Positions 36,322-50,788 of a stretch of 64,000 nt of DNA are shown here, one piece after another. Every line of letters starts with the position of its first letter. Positions within the stretch are counted from its first letter, which is position 1. A program made the position numbers and the translations under genes. The notes beneath the pieces are model-generated. The model ran no database searches. It was not told the origin of the DNA and saw only the letters and a list, made by a program, of their open reading frames with translations. The DNA is taken from NCBI GenBank assembly GCA_951406725.2, contig OX597822.1, forward strand, positions 75,826,001 through 75,890,000, read 5' to 3'. The stretch is from Octopus vulgaris. Lineage: Eukaryota.

Positions 36322-37252
36322 ATCTATGGCTTTGTTTCTCTTTCTCACTGTTCCGTATTGTTTCTCATTATCTATGTGAAACATCTCTTTCCACACATAC
36401 ACTCGAGCGCGCACGCCTATACACATACAAATATATAGATCTGTAGAAATACACACATACACCCACAGACATACATGCACGCACATATCCATACATACAT
36501 ACACACACATATATACTCATACTTACATACACAGATGCAGACATAGGCACACAGATATGTGACTATGTCGTTCTATCAATCTCTTCGAAACACACTCCCT
36601 CACTACACAGCATCACGCCTTTCCATTTATTTCATCAAGGGAGATGTCTTGTATTCTTTGATGATCTCGTGGTTGGCTTTCGATAAATTTTTCAATAGAG
36701 GGAGTGTATAGTTGTATTGTACAATACTTAACTTTGTTTAGTCTTGCTGCCTTCAAGACGCCAACTCGTATAAATAATTTCAAATAGATCAACGGTATTG
36801 TATGAGAATATTATGGAATGGTTCTAGAAATGAAATGAAGGACTTGTAAGGATAGCATTTATTCCACATAGTGTGGGTGTTCGTTTTAAATACGCCAAGT
36901 AATATTGGGCCTCAGCCATAGTTTTGTTTTATTATGTTGTATGCAGCTTATTGCAGAAAGAAGCAAATTGAATCATTCCTCTGAAGCAACATTCAGCTTG
37001 TAATAGGATGATAGATCAGTTGCATCAGATGAAATTAGATTACGTTAATGCCTGTGATGCGTGGTTGTATAGTTAGGATGTTTGCTTCGCAACTACATGC
37101 TTTTCCAGCACCTTCGGTAAGTAATGCCTTCTACCATAGCCTCCGACTGACAAACAGCTTGTCAGCTAAATGAAATTTGGTTAACAGAAACTGTAGTGAA
37201 CTCCGTCACATGTATACGTATACGTAGATGCATGTATTTGTCGATCTCTCTC

Positions 37253-37292
<40 letters not shown>

Positions 37293-38004
37293 ATCTATCT
37301 ATCTGCTTATATATATGAGATAAACGGCAGAAAAATAAAAGGATGTAATAATTTTGTCTTTACAGCTGTTTCGGATGAACAATGACTGATACCGTAACCA
37401 TGTATATTAAATGATAAAGTCCCATAGTAATGTAGATGTATGGAATAACACGGATTTTTCGATAAATGTGGAGTGATTTTGAAGGATGAGGATAACACGA
37501 TTTCGCATTACTGGTCTCTAAAAATCTGTCGAGCAAGGCAGACTAAATATTTCTCTTTTAATCGACCTGATGCCTTGTACTACCAGTCCGTTTTTTTATC
37601 TTAATATAGTCACATTGGCTTGACCTGTACATTGCCTATAGCCATCGCTTATTTCAGCGGATTCTGTATTATTTCAGTCAATGCTGGGTTTTAAGCTCTT
37701 CGTCCTATCTTAGCGCTGATTGTTAGTATCTATTATGTGACAGATCAAGTTTTCACATTTTCATACACACATACACACACACACACACATGCGCGTGTCT
37801 GTGTATGTATGTGTGTGTGTAAAAATGCTCATCATGTTTATATACACATGTATGTTCATGTATGTATGGATGGATATACATAACGTATGTATCTACACGC
37901 ACACACGTGTGTGTATATATATATATATATACATATAAATATTCATGATGTGTATATACACATGTATGCACATGTATGTATGTATGTATTTACACAGACA
38001 CACG

Positions 38005-38035
<31 letters not shown>

Positions 38036-38559
38036 TGTATATGCATATGTATGTATGTATTTACACACACACACACATATATAGTCCATCTGTCCCTCGC
38101 TGTATCACACTCCCTCCCCCCTCTCTCTCTCTCTACACACACACACATATATAGGGAGAGAGTGAAACTCACTGAATATATAGATATTAAATAGTTATCG
38201 TGATAACAAAAATCCTTGTCTCTTGTCTTACAATTACTCGTTCCTTTTACATAACTGCTGGTTATAAGAATTCCTTGTGTATTTTGAAGGCTGCATTTTC
38301 GTTCCACGCACTGATAAATTTTCAGAACTGGATAAGATCAAAGAACTCACTCACTAGCAGGAACATAAACAATAGAAGATATGCATCGATACACCATATT
38401 TGTCAGAAAGCAATGAGAAGATACAAGAAATTTTTGATACTACAAACGACCAAAGCGACAAGAAAGGTTTAAATATTAATGTAAAAAAGACAAGAACAAT
38501 GGTCACTAACAGGCAAGTATAAAAGATGGACAGAAGTATGAAGAATTAAAATGCTTTAA

Positions 38560-39120
38560 ATATTTAGGACAAGTCCTGGGCATTATTATCAACAGGGATA
38601 TGCGTGAACATACGACAATTCTAAATTTTTCAAGATGGCCGAGGACGTTTTAGCATCAGTCAATAAGACTTTTGTCAGCCTCTCTCGAGATATCAATTTA
38701 AAGCTGTATAAGCCTATGGCACGGCCACGCTTAGAGTTTGCATCATCAGAGTGGAACCCCTATCTTGCTCAACATATCAATCACCAGGACACTGTTCCGA
38801 AACCAGACGAATAGTTGCTATCAGCAGAATCCTCGCTATCAGACATCTGCTTTACTTTGAACGCCTTACTTCTCTTGGCGTAGACAATTTAAATCTCCGA
38901 CATTTAGCCAATTACTTGATAGACTCCCACAAGATTATCAACCGTTTTGCCTACAACAGATTTGTGCACCTTTTATGGACATACTTACAAAATCAAAATT
39001 CAACATAGCACCCATGATTTTCAGAGACAGTTTTTCATGTACGGAATTGCTGAAGCACGGAATAAACTACCTTCATAAATTGTTAGCTGTCAAATCACTA
39101 CAGCCTTCAAGATTTCCATG
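38560..39120 (+). mobile_element. Decayed CR1-clade LINE 3' fragment
   Basis: LKLYKPMARPRLEFASSEWNP; YFERLTSLG..L..RHL..LIDSHKII. Confidence 0.7.
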
Positions 39121-39447
39121 TTTATCAAAATTCACAGCACACTTGATGCTCCCACATTTTTTTCATGATGCATTCTATGTCTACTTTCTGTGCATTATTC
39201 TCTGTACTCTTCATGCACCTTCGGCAACATTTTCTGATGAATTGTAGTGCACTTGAGCACTGTATACAGTAAGTCCATTATCTAAATTTTTGTATAATTA
39301 GTCAGGACGCTTGCTGTGTATAATTTACGTTACTCAAAGCATAAGTAATTGTAAAACTACATAAATAAGAATTGAAAACATTTGAACTCAAAATATATGA
39401 CACTGCACCTAAAATTGAGGCTACGAAGCTATTATGTTATGCAAATA

Positions 39448-39960
39448 TTATGTTGAGTAAAAGGTTTGTCCGCCGAACGATTGCCGAATGGTCGCGCCAT
39501 CAACGCTGAACTTTACTGCGTGCATTTTGGTCGAGTCTACGATGCGTTGGTCGAAAAGTACCCAAGACTTGTTCATCGAAAACGCGCTTTGTTTCTATAA
39601 AAGAATGCAAAGCCGCACACCGCCAGAAAGACCAGCAATAAGAGTGAGGAATTGGACAGTGTGGAAGTTCTGCCGCATCAAGCCTATAGTCCAGACGTTG
39701 CTCAATCTGACTACGGTCTCTTTCGATCAATGTAGCACTTTATGAAAGGTCGCCGATTTGAGTCATTCGATGAAGTTGAAGAAGCCTGTCAGGAAGTTTT
39801 CGATTCAAATCCAAAGGTTTGGTACTTCCAGATCATTGGCAGGAGATCATGGAAAATGACAGTCTTTATTTTGAAGAAGAGTTGTTGCTGTTTTTGAATA
39901 AATTCTTGTATAAAAAATTCATTATTTTAACACGGCGCACGAACTTTTCCCTCAGCCTAG
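39448..39960 (+). mobile_element. Internally deleted, decayed mariner transposon
   Basis: Imperfect TIRs TTATGTTGAGTAAAAGGTTTGTCCGCCG / CGGCGCACGAACTTTTCCCTCAGCCTAG with TA flanks; NAKPHTA..EVLPHQAYSPDVAQSDYGLFRSM. Confidence 0.85.
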
Positions 39961-39964
39961 TAAT

Positions 39965-40320
39965 TCTCTACGAAGCAGACAAATGGATAATGTACAGAGC
40001 AATAGATTAAGAAGATTAATTCTTATGAGATGGATACAAGGGGAAACAGAAGTTATAGTGCGAGAGAAGCTGAAAATCCAAAGGTATCTGTTGTCGGGAA
40101 TCAAGTCAAGAAAGTTATCTTATTTTGGCCATACAATGCGGCACTTCCGTACAGGAAATTGGAGGGGAAATGCTCAAAAGGCCGTGAAAGACGTTTGTTG
40201 ACTAATGACGTCAGTGAACGGACAGAAACCAAGAGCCATGTTGTATGCAGCACATCACAGACGAATTTGAAGATTCTTACTAAGGCTTCGATTGCTGGAC
40301 GCCGGAGAGGAAACTGGCTA
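39965..40320 (+). mobile_element. Decayed RTE-clade LINE 3' fragment
   Basis: LRRLILMRW..IKSRKLSYFGHTMRH; LEGKCSKGRERR. Confidence 0.65.
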
Positions 40321-40496
40321 ATTATATGTGTGTGTGTGTGTGTGTGTGTATGTTTGTATGTATGTATGTATGTATGTATGTGTGTATGTATGTATGTATG
40401 TATGTATGTATGTATGTATGTATGTATGTATGTATGTATGTATGTACGTATCGATGGATGGATGGATATATGTATATATGTATCGCTGCCAAAGCG

Positions 40497-40536
40497 TTGT
40501 GAGTAGATCTGGTAGACGGAAACTGAAAGAAGCTTG

Positions 40537-40577
<41 letters not shown>

Positions 40578-40835
40578 TATGTATCTTGTAAATATGTATG
40601 TGTGTGTGTGTCTTTGTGTCTGTGTTTGTATCCCCACCATCGCTTGACACCTGATGTTCTGATGTTGGTATGCTTATGTCCCCGTAACTTAGTGGTTCGG
40701 CAAAAGAGACCGATGCAATAAGTACTAGTCTGAGAAATAATAAGTCCTAGGGTCGATTTCTTCGAATAAAAAATCACCCTTTGTGGTGGTGCTCCAGAAT
40801 GGCCACAGTCAAATGTCTGAAACAAGTAAAAGAAT
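40497..40835 (+). mobile_element. SINE family A, 5'-truncated
   Basis: GGTAGACGGAAACTGAAAGAAGC..CTGAAACAAGTAAAAGA. Confidence 0.85.
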
Positions 40836-41864
40836 AATAGAATATATATATGTATGCGTGTGTGTATGTGTGTGTGTGTGTGTATTTACGAGATGGAATC
40901 TACCTCGGTTTTGCAGTCTGAGCCTCTAGTAGTTCATTCGTCTGCACAAATTGAATGGGCGTCCGAAGAGGCTGAGTATTCCGTAGACACATGAGTGTGT
41001 ATTTGTGTATGAGTATGTGTGTACATGTATATTTGTGTATGAGTGGGTGTATGTGTGTATATGCGTGAAGGTGTGTGTTTATGTACGTGTGTATGTAGGT
41101 ATATGTATGAGCATGTGTATTCATGTGTGTATATATGTGTATTTGTGTATATGTATATGTGAACGTGTTTGCGTGTGTATGTGTGTGTATGTGTGTGTGT
41201 GCATATATATTTGTGTATGTGTGTATGAGTATGTATGTGTGAACGTGTGTGTATATTTGTATATGCGTGTGCGTGCATGTGTATGTGTGTATATATGTAT
41301 GTGTATGCATGTGTATCTGTGTACGTGTGTGTATGTATGTGTATCAGTGAGTGTGCATGTGTGTACATGCGTGTGTGTGTTTATGTGCTTGTGTATGTAT
41401 GTTTGTGCATGTATATTTGTGTATGTGTGTATATCTGTGTATGAGTGTGTGTGTGTGAATGTATGTGTGTATGTGCGTATATATGTAAGTTTATGTATGT
41501 GTGTGTGTGTTTGTGCGTGTGTGTATAATTATGTGTGTATGTGTGTCTGTGTATGAGTGCGTGTGTGTGTGCGTGATGCACATCTACGAGTCGTAAACAC
41601 GCGCAGTTGATGATTTATACGCACTGATGTGTGTACGGTTTTCAACTATACTGCTTTGTACATATTCACACACACACTTAAACATTCACAAGTACATACA
41701 CACACTTACATACACACCCTCAAATACACATACAAACACATACACACACGTGCACGCACATTCACAGTTGCCTACACACGCTTACACGCCCTGAAGTATT
41801 TTCTACTCAAAGACTTGATCACATTAATGATGTTCCTTGTTGAAAACTAATTCCAGGGCATCCA

Positions 41865-41894
41865 CCTCCACCAAACACCACCACCACAACCAAC

Positions 41895-41970
<76 letters not shown>

Positions 41971-42500
41971 CCACCACCACCACCACCACCATCACCACTA
42001 CCATCTACTATCCATCATTTCAACACTACCACTACCATCACCACCGCCATCACCAACACCAACACCACCATCAACGTTAGCATATACAACCATACAACCA
42101 CCACCCTCACTACCACCGCCATCAACATCATCATCATCGTCACCACCACCACCATCGCCGCCGCCACCGTCACCGTCACCCCGTTGATATCATCCACCTG
42201 TTATAACCTCAACTACTTCTCTGTAACAAGACAACTAAATTCACAGGAATTTCATTACCAAAATGAATATCTCCACCTCAACCATGGCAGAAATGTCCAA
42301 GCAAATACTATCAATATTAGCAGGACTATTCGCCATTCTCAACCGCAACAACAAACACAACCTTGCCACAGTCACAACCACCAACCACCACCGTCATCTC
42401 TACCACTAGTACCACCAACACCACCATTATCACTACTAGTACCACCATCACTACCACTACCACTACCACCATCATCACCACCACTACTACCACTACCAGC
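41865..42500. repeat. Degenerate (CAC/CAT/CAA)n trinucleotide tracts
   Basis: Direct reading; two tracts separated by ~180 bp of complex sequence. Confidence 0.85.
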
Positions 42501-43475
42501 AACAATACTGCTAGCGCTGCGACCTACACTGCGTCCTCCACCGCTCATTTCATCACCATTAGAATTATTTGAATCCCTCTCACAAGAACAAAATCATGGT
42601 GTAGTGGGCTGAAGTAGGCGCTGCCCTTAATCCGCCAAATTAGTGTGTCGTCTGCTTCAATGACTTCGATTTTATTCAATTAAAGAGACGATGTCTATCT
42701 AACATTGCACAGGTGTAGTGTAAGAGTAATGGGAAGAGTTGGGGTAGAGGAACAAAATGAAGTTGCTCCCTGGAGTAGGAGGTAGTCAAAGGAGTGTTGA
42801 AAACAGAGAAAGAGTCGGGGGAGGGTGAAAGAGAGAGGGAGACATAGAGCGCAAGGGAGTGAGAGTCAGAGATGGAGGGACAGTAAAGGGAGAGGGAGAT
42901 TGGGTGCGAAAGAAGTCACAATGGCGAATGAAGAACGTGGGTGTAAGGATGTGAAAAAGAAAAGAAAAAGGGAAAAAGTGTTGGGAGAAAAGAATTTCGT
43001 GGAGACGTGAAAGATTGAAAATGAGAGAAACAAATGAAATGAAGAAAAATTAAGAGAAAGAGAGATAAGGAAGCATAATTAGGAATAAATCAAAAAGATG
43101 GCTTAATAGACAGATGCATAATTTGATCAGGTGCTACACACGAAACTGTGGGCTGTCGAGTCGCTTTGGACGCTTTGCAGCTAAATGAAAATATTTGCTT
43201 TTTGAATAAGGATTTGTAGTTCTGTCTGAACCGTGCATGAAACCTCTCATATACATATATACATATATACACATATATACATACATGCATATACATATAT
43301 ATATATACTTTATTTTAAGCAGCAGAAAATTCAACAAAATGTGTTACTCTGAGTTTCTCGTTGCCGTTCATCAGACAGTTTTTGCTAGGAGCCTACGCTC
43401 TTCTACAGAAAGGGACACAGAAAAAATCAAGGAGAGAAGAAAATGTGTGTAGTGGCGAACGAACTATCATGGCGA

Positions 43476-43548
<73 letters not shown>

Positions 43549-43606
43549 TATACCTATCTACATTTACATATGTTAATATGTATGCGGTCATACATTCACA
43601 TATCTT

Positions 43607-43645
<39 letters not shown>

Positions 43646-43714
43646 ATGTATGTATATATCTATCTACATATACATGTTAATATATATGCGGTCGTACATT
43701 CACATATCTTTATG

Positions 43715-43839
<125 letters not shown>

Positions 43840-44796
43840 GATGCATTTGCTTATGTGACATGCCAACCGTGTGAAAGTAGTAGTATGTGTGTTAGTATGT
43901 AAGTATTTGCACGTATGTGCATCGCTTTAAATACACAATTAAACCGACAAACTAAACCCCGTCTATTTCATCCAACCAGTCCAGGTAGCTTACAAAAAAT
44001 GGAATTAAAATTATATGGACAGAGATCGACCGGCACCAAAAAAAAACCCAGCTTCAACAAGAACATCACAAAGCATTAAAATGTTTTTCAATCGTTTAGA
44101 CTTGTAATGTCACTATTTATATTAAAGCAGAGCATTTTAAATAAAAGTTTGATATCAGACTTGAGTACTGCCATAAAATCCTTGAATATGTTATGAAAGG
44201 AACGCTCATCTCATATATAAATTTTATCCCATTAGTATACCGAATGATGTTACTATAATCATGTAATACAGTGATAGCTTTAGGATATGGCTATTATAAA
44301 AGAGCATTTCGTGTTTCTTATCACATGATATCTCGCAGATCAAACAAAAAGTTTACATATTACTCTGCATATATCTATATCTCACTCCTTCTGTACGTGA
44401 TATCAGACGTGTAAATTTCCAAGTATTGGCCATAAATAACCAATTTAATTGTCAAATTCTCATAAGGTTTTATATATCGGCTTAAATTTATCTGTTCAAC
44501 ATTTGAAATAGAAACGCATTCATAGCAATTTACTCGAATTATAGAAAGAGGGAAATTGTTTAATGACTGAAAATATGTGGTAACGAGCTGTGTGCGTATG
44601 TCTCATCGGTTTTGATTAAAAAAGCACAAAACGAAGCAAAAAACAAGAAGTTCAGAATTCAGACTCGTGTAAACATAATGTCTTTCATTTATGTTTTCAT
44701 ATAACATTAATATATCATTACACATATGTGAAATAGTAATATAGTGGGAAATCAAGATGGCTGAAAGGAGGCTGTTATTATTTAGGCGCAGGAAAA

Positions 44797-45080
44797 GGCG
44801 GCGTGCTGGCAGAATCATTAGCACGCGGGGCAAAATGCTTTGTGTCATTCCGTCCGTCTTTATGTTCTGAGTTCATATTCCACCGAGGTCGACTTCGACT
44901 TTCACCCTTTCCGAGTCGATAAATTAAGAACCTGTTGAACACTGGAATCAACGTAATCTACTAGTACCTTCTGCCAAAATAAGAATAAGTCCTGGGATCG
45001 ATTTGCTCGACTAAAGGCGGTGCTCCAGTATGGCCACAGTCAAATGACTGAAACAAGTAAAAGAGTAAAACGAGTAAAAG
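44797..45080 (+). mobile_element. SINE family B joined to the 3' end of SINE family A
   Basis: B body 44797-44980, then AGAATAAGTCCTGGGATCGATTTGCTCGACTAAAGGCGG..GTAAAAGA. Confidence 0.8.
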
Positions 45081-45466
45081 AACTAGGCCACGTTCCTTCA
45101 CATGGATAAACATTGGTGACGTGTAAAGAGGATGCTTGCATATATGGGCTACAATAATTTTTTTATCAAATACTCTTGTCCAGATCTACACATTACATAT
45201 GCAGAAACATCGGTCGACTAAGGCAGCGAGCTGGCAGAAACGTCAGTACGCCGGACGAAATGCTTAGTTGGAAACGCAAAGTAAATAGCAAGAACCGCAA
45301 ATTAAAGAACTAAAGAATTAAATGGAAAGAACCTCAAATTATATAGTAAAGCCACTTTCTCCAGACCAGCCGAATAAAAGAAGCATTCTTAATACAATGG
45401 TTAAAAGACTAGGGGTAAGAAACAAATTCTGAATCGTGGAACAGCAGCGCTAACGTCGTTATAAAA

Positions 45467-45602
45467 CAGCGGATCTCAACCCTTAAAGGAGTTTTTCCAC
45501 GAACACATTTTAATATGCTTATCCTTATATATATATGATTTTTTGAATTTAGTTTTCGGACTCCCAGTACTACCTTTGCGGACCCCTGGTTGGGAACCAC
45601 TG
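45467..45602. mobile_element. hAT-type MITE
   Basis: TIRs CAGCGGATCTCAACC / GGTTGGGAACCACTG; 8-bp TSD TTATAAAA / TTATAAGA. Confidence 0.8.
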
Positions 45603-45783
45603 TTATAAGATATAAGTTTCCATTTTGGAAGAAGACAGGGCAATATCAGCATTCCCGGCATGCATAGTGATTCAACCAACCTACTGCCGTACCGCCGTTG
45701 GCTTCAAATTTTGGCACAAGGCCAGCAACTTCGGAGAAGATACAAGTCAATTACATCGATCCCACTGCTCAGCTGGTTCTTAA

Positions 45784-46312
45784 CCCATTAATTGCCAATT
45801 TTTCTATTCATACTTTTTTGGTTTTGCCAGGTGTCTTGGGAGTTAAAGTAATATATAGTATTTAAATTTCCTTCATATAGGAATTATTTTGTAAATTACA
45901 ATAAATTTTTCGAAAAGTTCCAAATGGGGATCGCTGAAAAAAAAAGGTATATTCTTTTCTATTCAGTTGCAATAATAAACATTAGTCTTTTTGAAACTAT
46001 AGTATCAAATGCGAATGTGTAAGAAATATCAATGAATGATAGATATGGGAAATGCAAAAAACAAAACATAAAAAAAAAACATCGTTTTCAAAACAGTCAA
46101 TATTTTTGAAGTTCAAAAATTGCGATTTATGACATAAAATGTCCTCTAGAATTAGCCAGAGCTAATAATGAGAAACTTTAATTAGTAAATATTGTTAAAC
46201 ACACCTTTAAAATTGCAATGTACATAAGCAATTCATTTTAAATACAACGAACAACCGGCAGTGAGACTGTTTTTAGCAGATCCCCATAATGGGGCTCATG
46301 GCAGGCGGTGGG
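45784..46312. mobile_element. piggyBac-like MITE inserted in a SINE
   Basis: TTAA-CCCA...TGGG-TTAA; removing it restores the SINE-B sequence CTGGT.C-TTAA-TTTATCGA. Confidence 0.75.
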
Positions 46313-46804
46313 TTAATTTATCGATTTCGGAGAGATGAAAGGCAAAGTCGATGTCTGCGGAATTTGAACTCTGAGCGTAAAGACGGACAAAATGCCACTA
46401 AGCATATCACTTGGTGTGCTAACGATTCAACCAGTTCTCAACCCTTACGCCTTTGTAAAATATAAAGCATTTTGTTCAGTGTAGCTGATCGCTACATCTG
46501 ACATCGTAGCTTTTGCGGATAATTGAATGAGAAAGTATACAAGTCAAACTGAAGATAAGATTACAAATATTCGCTGTATATAACACAGCGTGTATTATAT
46601 TATACCACATGTAAGATACTACATGACATCTATTATATTAAATCTGCGAGGTCAGGATCATAAGGAATTGAATTTTATTTGTGCCATTGAAGTCGGTGTC
46701 GTCGTTGTCATCGTCATCATCATATTGAAAATCATTATCATCCTCGTTCTTATCATCCACATCACCATAATCTTCCTTTTCAGCAACATCATAATAAATA
46801 ATAT

Positions 46805-47421
46805 CCTTTGCTACTCTAGGCACAAGGCCCAAAATTTTGGGGGAGGGGACTAGTCGATTAGATCGCCCCCCCCCCCACTACGCAACTGGTACTTAATTTA
46901 TCGACTCCTAAAGGATGAACGTTAACGTCGACCTAAGCGGAATTTGAACTTAGAACGTAAAGATAGACGAAATACCGCTCAGCGTTTGGCCCGGCGTGCT
47001 AAAGCTTCTTATTTTTCTATTGCCCACAAGGAGCTAAACATAGAGGGAACATACAAAGACAGACAATAGGATTAAGTCGATTATATCGAACCCAGTGCGT
47101 AACTGGTACTTAATTTATCGACCCCGAAAGGATGAAAGGCAAAGTCGACCTCGGCGGAATTTTAACTCAGAATGTAAAGACAGACGAAATACCTATTTCT
47201 TTACTACCCACAAGGGGCCAAACACAGAGGGGACAAACAAGGACAGACAAACGAATTAAGTCGATTATATCGACCCCAGTGCGTAACTGGTACTTATTTA
47301 ATCGACCCCGAAAGGATGAAAGGCAAAGTCGACCTCGGCGGAATTTGAACTCAGAACGTAACAGCAGACGAAATACTGCTAAGTATTTCGACGTGCTAAC
47401 GTTTCTGCCAGCCCGCCGCCT
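46805..47421 (-). mobile_element. Head-to-tail trimer of SINE family B units
   Basis: Three copies of GAGTTCAAATTCCGCCGAGGTCGAC..GTACCAGTT on the minus strand. Confidence 0.85.
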
Positions 47422-47781
47422 TCATAATAAATATCAACATCATCATCATCATCGCCATGAACACCATAAAGGCTAGTAAGAAAATTGCTGTTCCGCTAGC
47501 GATTAGCAAATATGTTCAGGTAAAGGAAAGATTTATAACTTCGACTGTAAGCCGAAGTAAGCCCAAGATGAGATTAAGTTCATTAAAGGGTTGCATTATA
47601 TAAAATCGGCTCTGAAGCCGTTAATACAAGAGTGGGGGGGAGGGAGTCGGAGAAATTGGCTGCGTTGCAAGAAGTTAAACAATACGAATTACTGATGTGG
47701 AATCGCTGCAATTAATTGATAGAGTCACCATGCATGTTGCTTGGGGAGTGATTGAGTGAGGCTTGTATTATGTTAAATGCA

Positions 47782-47817
<36 letters not shown>

Positions 47818-48435
47818 TACACAAACACGACTTAGCAAACGCATATATATTTTATCTCTTCTTTTTTTTTCTCTATCCCAATCTCCCTTATTGTAGACGC
47901 ACGTATATTAAATTAACTTCATAACTTCAGATCGATTTCTTTAATGAAATTTCGAATCTCATTTTTTCAATAAAATTTCTCTAGATATTGTATAAAATTT
48001 ATTTTATCACGTTGTGCCTTTGACTGAATTGGGTCAAGAGGAAAGACTGTGAGTGGAAAACAGAAAGAAAGGAAGGGAGAAAGAATGAATGAAAGAAGTA
48101 GGGGAAGAAGGAGTGTGACGTTGGGACAATGAAGAGGGTGAAATGAAAAAGATTTGAAATATATGAAAGGGAGAGCAATGTAATGTGAATGGAAAAGAAA
48201 AACAAAACGTTATGAGGGAGATATTGTTGAGGGCAAAAGAAAGAACGAAGATAAAATAACATAGGTGGTATTAAAACAGTGTAAATTAAAAGAATTGTGT
48301 GAGAAAGACAAATAGTTTAACAGAACAGAGGTACAGATAAAAATTGCTAGATACGGACCGGGAAAATTTAGTGATTGTACAAGAGCATGACTTTGGAAAG
48401 ACAAGCGTAAGATTGATAAATATTCGATTATTTTG

Positions 48436-48505
<70 letters not shown>

Positions 48506-48739
48506 CATTTCAGAGAGCAAGCAACCCTCACAACGATGTTCTAGCAAGAAATGGATTTACTGGCATGTTAGACTATATGAATTCGCCATTCACCTTAGTT
48601 GTTTTTCTTGATATATCCAGGAGTTTCCTGAACTTACGCACCATTTCCCTACATATCATAGATACCATAAACTTTTTAACTTCCATAATTTTAATGTTAG
48701 ATTGTCATATTTAAACAACAGACATCCACGAAGTCCGTG

Positions 48740-49220
48740 ACTCACATTCTCACCTGCAACTGCCGAAATTCTGAAAAAGAGCCCTTGAGAGGATCTTGCG
48801 TCACGAAACCCGTGGTCGGCAGAGCCTGCTCTTCACTATCCAATGATATTACGAGTCACTGCACGTCTCCAGAGTTAGATACTAAACAAGAGCGTAGATG
48901 CTGTGCGTTCGAGTTTCTCCTTTTCATTTTCGGAGGTTTAAGAAATATGAAACATATAAAACTGCATACAATAAACATACAGAGGGGATATTTAATAATC
49001 ATCAGACGCACTAATACAAAACATTATGGTTTTTGGATCGCAATCATAACATTTATTTGAAATATCTTGTGTGGTTACTATTAAGAGGAGAGAATCTGAC
49101 GATAACGTAAAACGGTATATAAAGTGTGTGGAAGAACATAAAAACAAATTAATTATCAGAGTATTTGTGCAGGATGTGCGTTTGTGCACAAAATCGAATC
49201 GTATAGAGAAAATAACTCAA
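48740..49220 (+). pseudogene. Highly decayed PLE linker/GIY-YIG fragment
   Basis: TCNCRNSEKEPLRGSCVTKPVV resembles the CNCR...CPL.G.C...VVY linker also seen at ~26200. Confidence 0.45.
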
Positions 49221-49583
49221 TACATATAGATAGCTTGATGAATTCGGAAACCTGTCATGAGATTATTTTATTAAATAGGTTTACGTATATCAGATGAAAC
49301 AAATTTTAGTATTCTAACTTTTGAGGGGACGCACTTTGAATTTAGATGGGAATAAATTTTGACCGTAAACACAAAATACGAAATGTTATTTCGTATTTTG
49401 TGTTTGGTTTGCAGGGTTCTTAATGTGAACTCAGGGTTGAAACGTATTGTATTATTATGCCAAAATAAAGATATACTCAGTTTTTAGTTAACATTTTAAT
49501 ATAATTTTAAATAAAGTAGTGGAATAGAACGAGTGTGTGTTTTTATTATTAGTACAGTGAACATCCTGAGATAAAACATAAAT

Positions 49584-49829
49584 GTTTCTTCTCGAGCCAT
49601 GTCAGGCTCATTAGGGCCGGTTTCCCGGTTTCAGTGGCGTAGAAATTCCCCACCTGGACGGGACGCCGATCCGTCGCAGGATTACTCATGTTGCCAGCTG
49701 AGTGGACTGGATCAACGTGAAATGAAGTGTTTTGCTCGAGAACACAACGCATCGCCCGGTCCAGGAATCGAAACAACAACGTTTCGATCATGAGTTCAAT
49801 ACTCTAACCACTAAACCATGCGCCTCCAC
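49584..49829 (-). mobile_element. SINE family D (tRNA-derived head)
   Basis: Minus strand GTGGAGGCGCATGGTTTAGTGGTTAGAG..GTTTCGATTCCTGGACCGGG. Confidence 0.8.
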
Positions 49830-50384
49830 GAGATAAAACATAAGCAAATATCATTTCATGCAAACAAAATAATACAAACTCTAACTCAATATTTTGCGTC
49901 ATTTAATCACCAGTATGAATAGACTTTGCTATCTTTAGTTTAGTTTACGCTCAGTAGTGATTCCTATTCCAGTTAGAGAACGACATGCTAAACATTCCCT
50001 TCCTGTGCACACTAGAAAGAGAATTGATCAAAAATTATTTTATGGCATCAGAAAAACACTTCCATAAGTCATTGCAAATATTTTCCCAAGGAACCCTGGT
50101 TATCGTACTTTTTCCAGAAGCTCGTTTGAGTTGAACCAGTCTCGCTGTAAAAGATCTACAAGCTCAGTTTAGTATTACAATTCCCAAAGCCTTTTTAACT
50201 GTAAAAAAAACCCCAGACTTTTTCTATATGTATCTCTATTGCCCTCAGTAATTGATTACTTGACATTCACTTCATCCGAAAGACTTATATTGTGCTATGG
50301 TGCGAGCAAAATAAATTAAAATAAAATAACAGGATATCATAAACTTATATCAGATTGACGAATAGCCTCTTCAAGAATCATGTA

Positions 50385-50535
50385 GTATGTATCTTGCTTA
50401 CCAACCACATGGTTCTGGGCTCATTCCCACTGCGTGGTACCTTGGACAAGTGTCTTCTACTATAGCCTCGGGCCGACCAAAGCCTTGTGAGTGGATTTGG
50501 TAGACGGAAACTGAAAGAAGCCCGTCGTATATATG

Positions 50536-50575
<40 letters not shown>

Positions 50576-50788
50576 GGGGGGGTATGTTTGTGTGTCTGTG
50601 TCTGTTCCCCCAACGTCACTTAGCAACCGATGCTGGTGTGTTTACTTCCCCGTAACTTATCGGTTCGGCAAAAGAGGCCGATATAATAAGTACTAGGCTT
50701 ACAAATAATAAATCCTGGGGTCGATTTGCTCGACTAAAGGCGGTGCTCCAGCATGGTCGCAGTGAAATGACTGAAACAAGTAAAAGTG
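50385..50788 (+). mobile_element. SINE family A
   Basis: Aligns to the 10230 copy. Confidence 0.9.

Noticed and set aside
40900-40990. Short unique island as an exon
   Set aside because: No consistent acceptor/donor pair on either strand.
41837-42612. Poly-His/Pro/Thr ORFs
   Set aside because: C/A-rich triplet repeats are stop-free in several frames; no domain. A real exon cannot be excluded but is unsupported.
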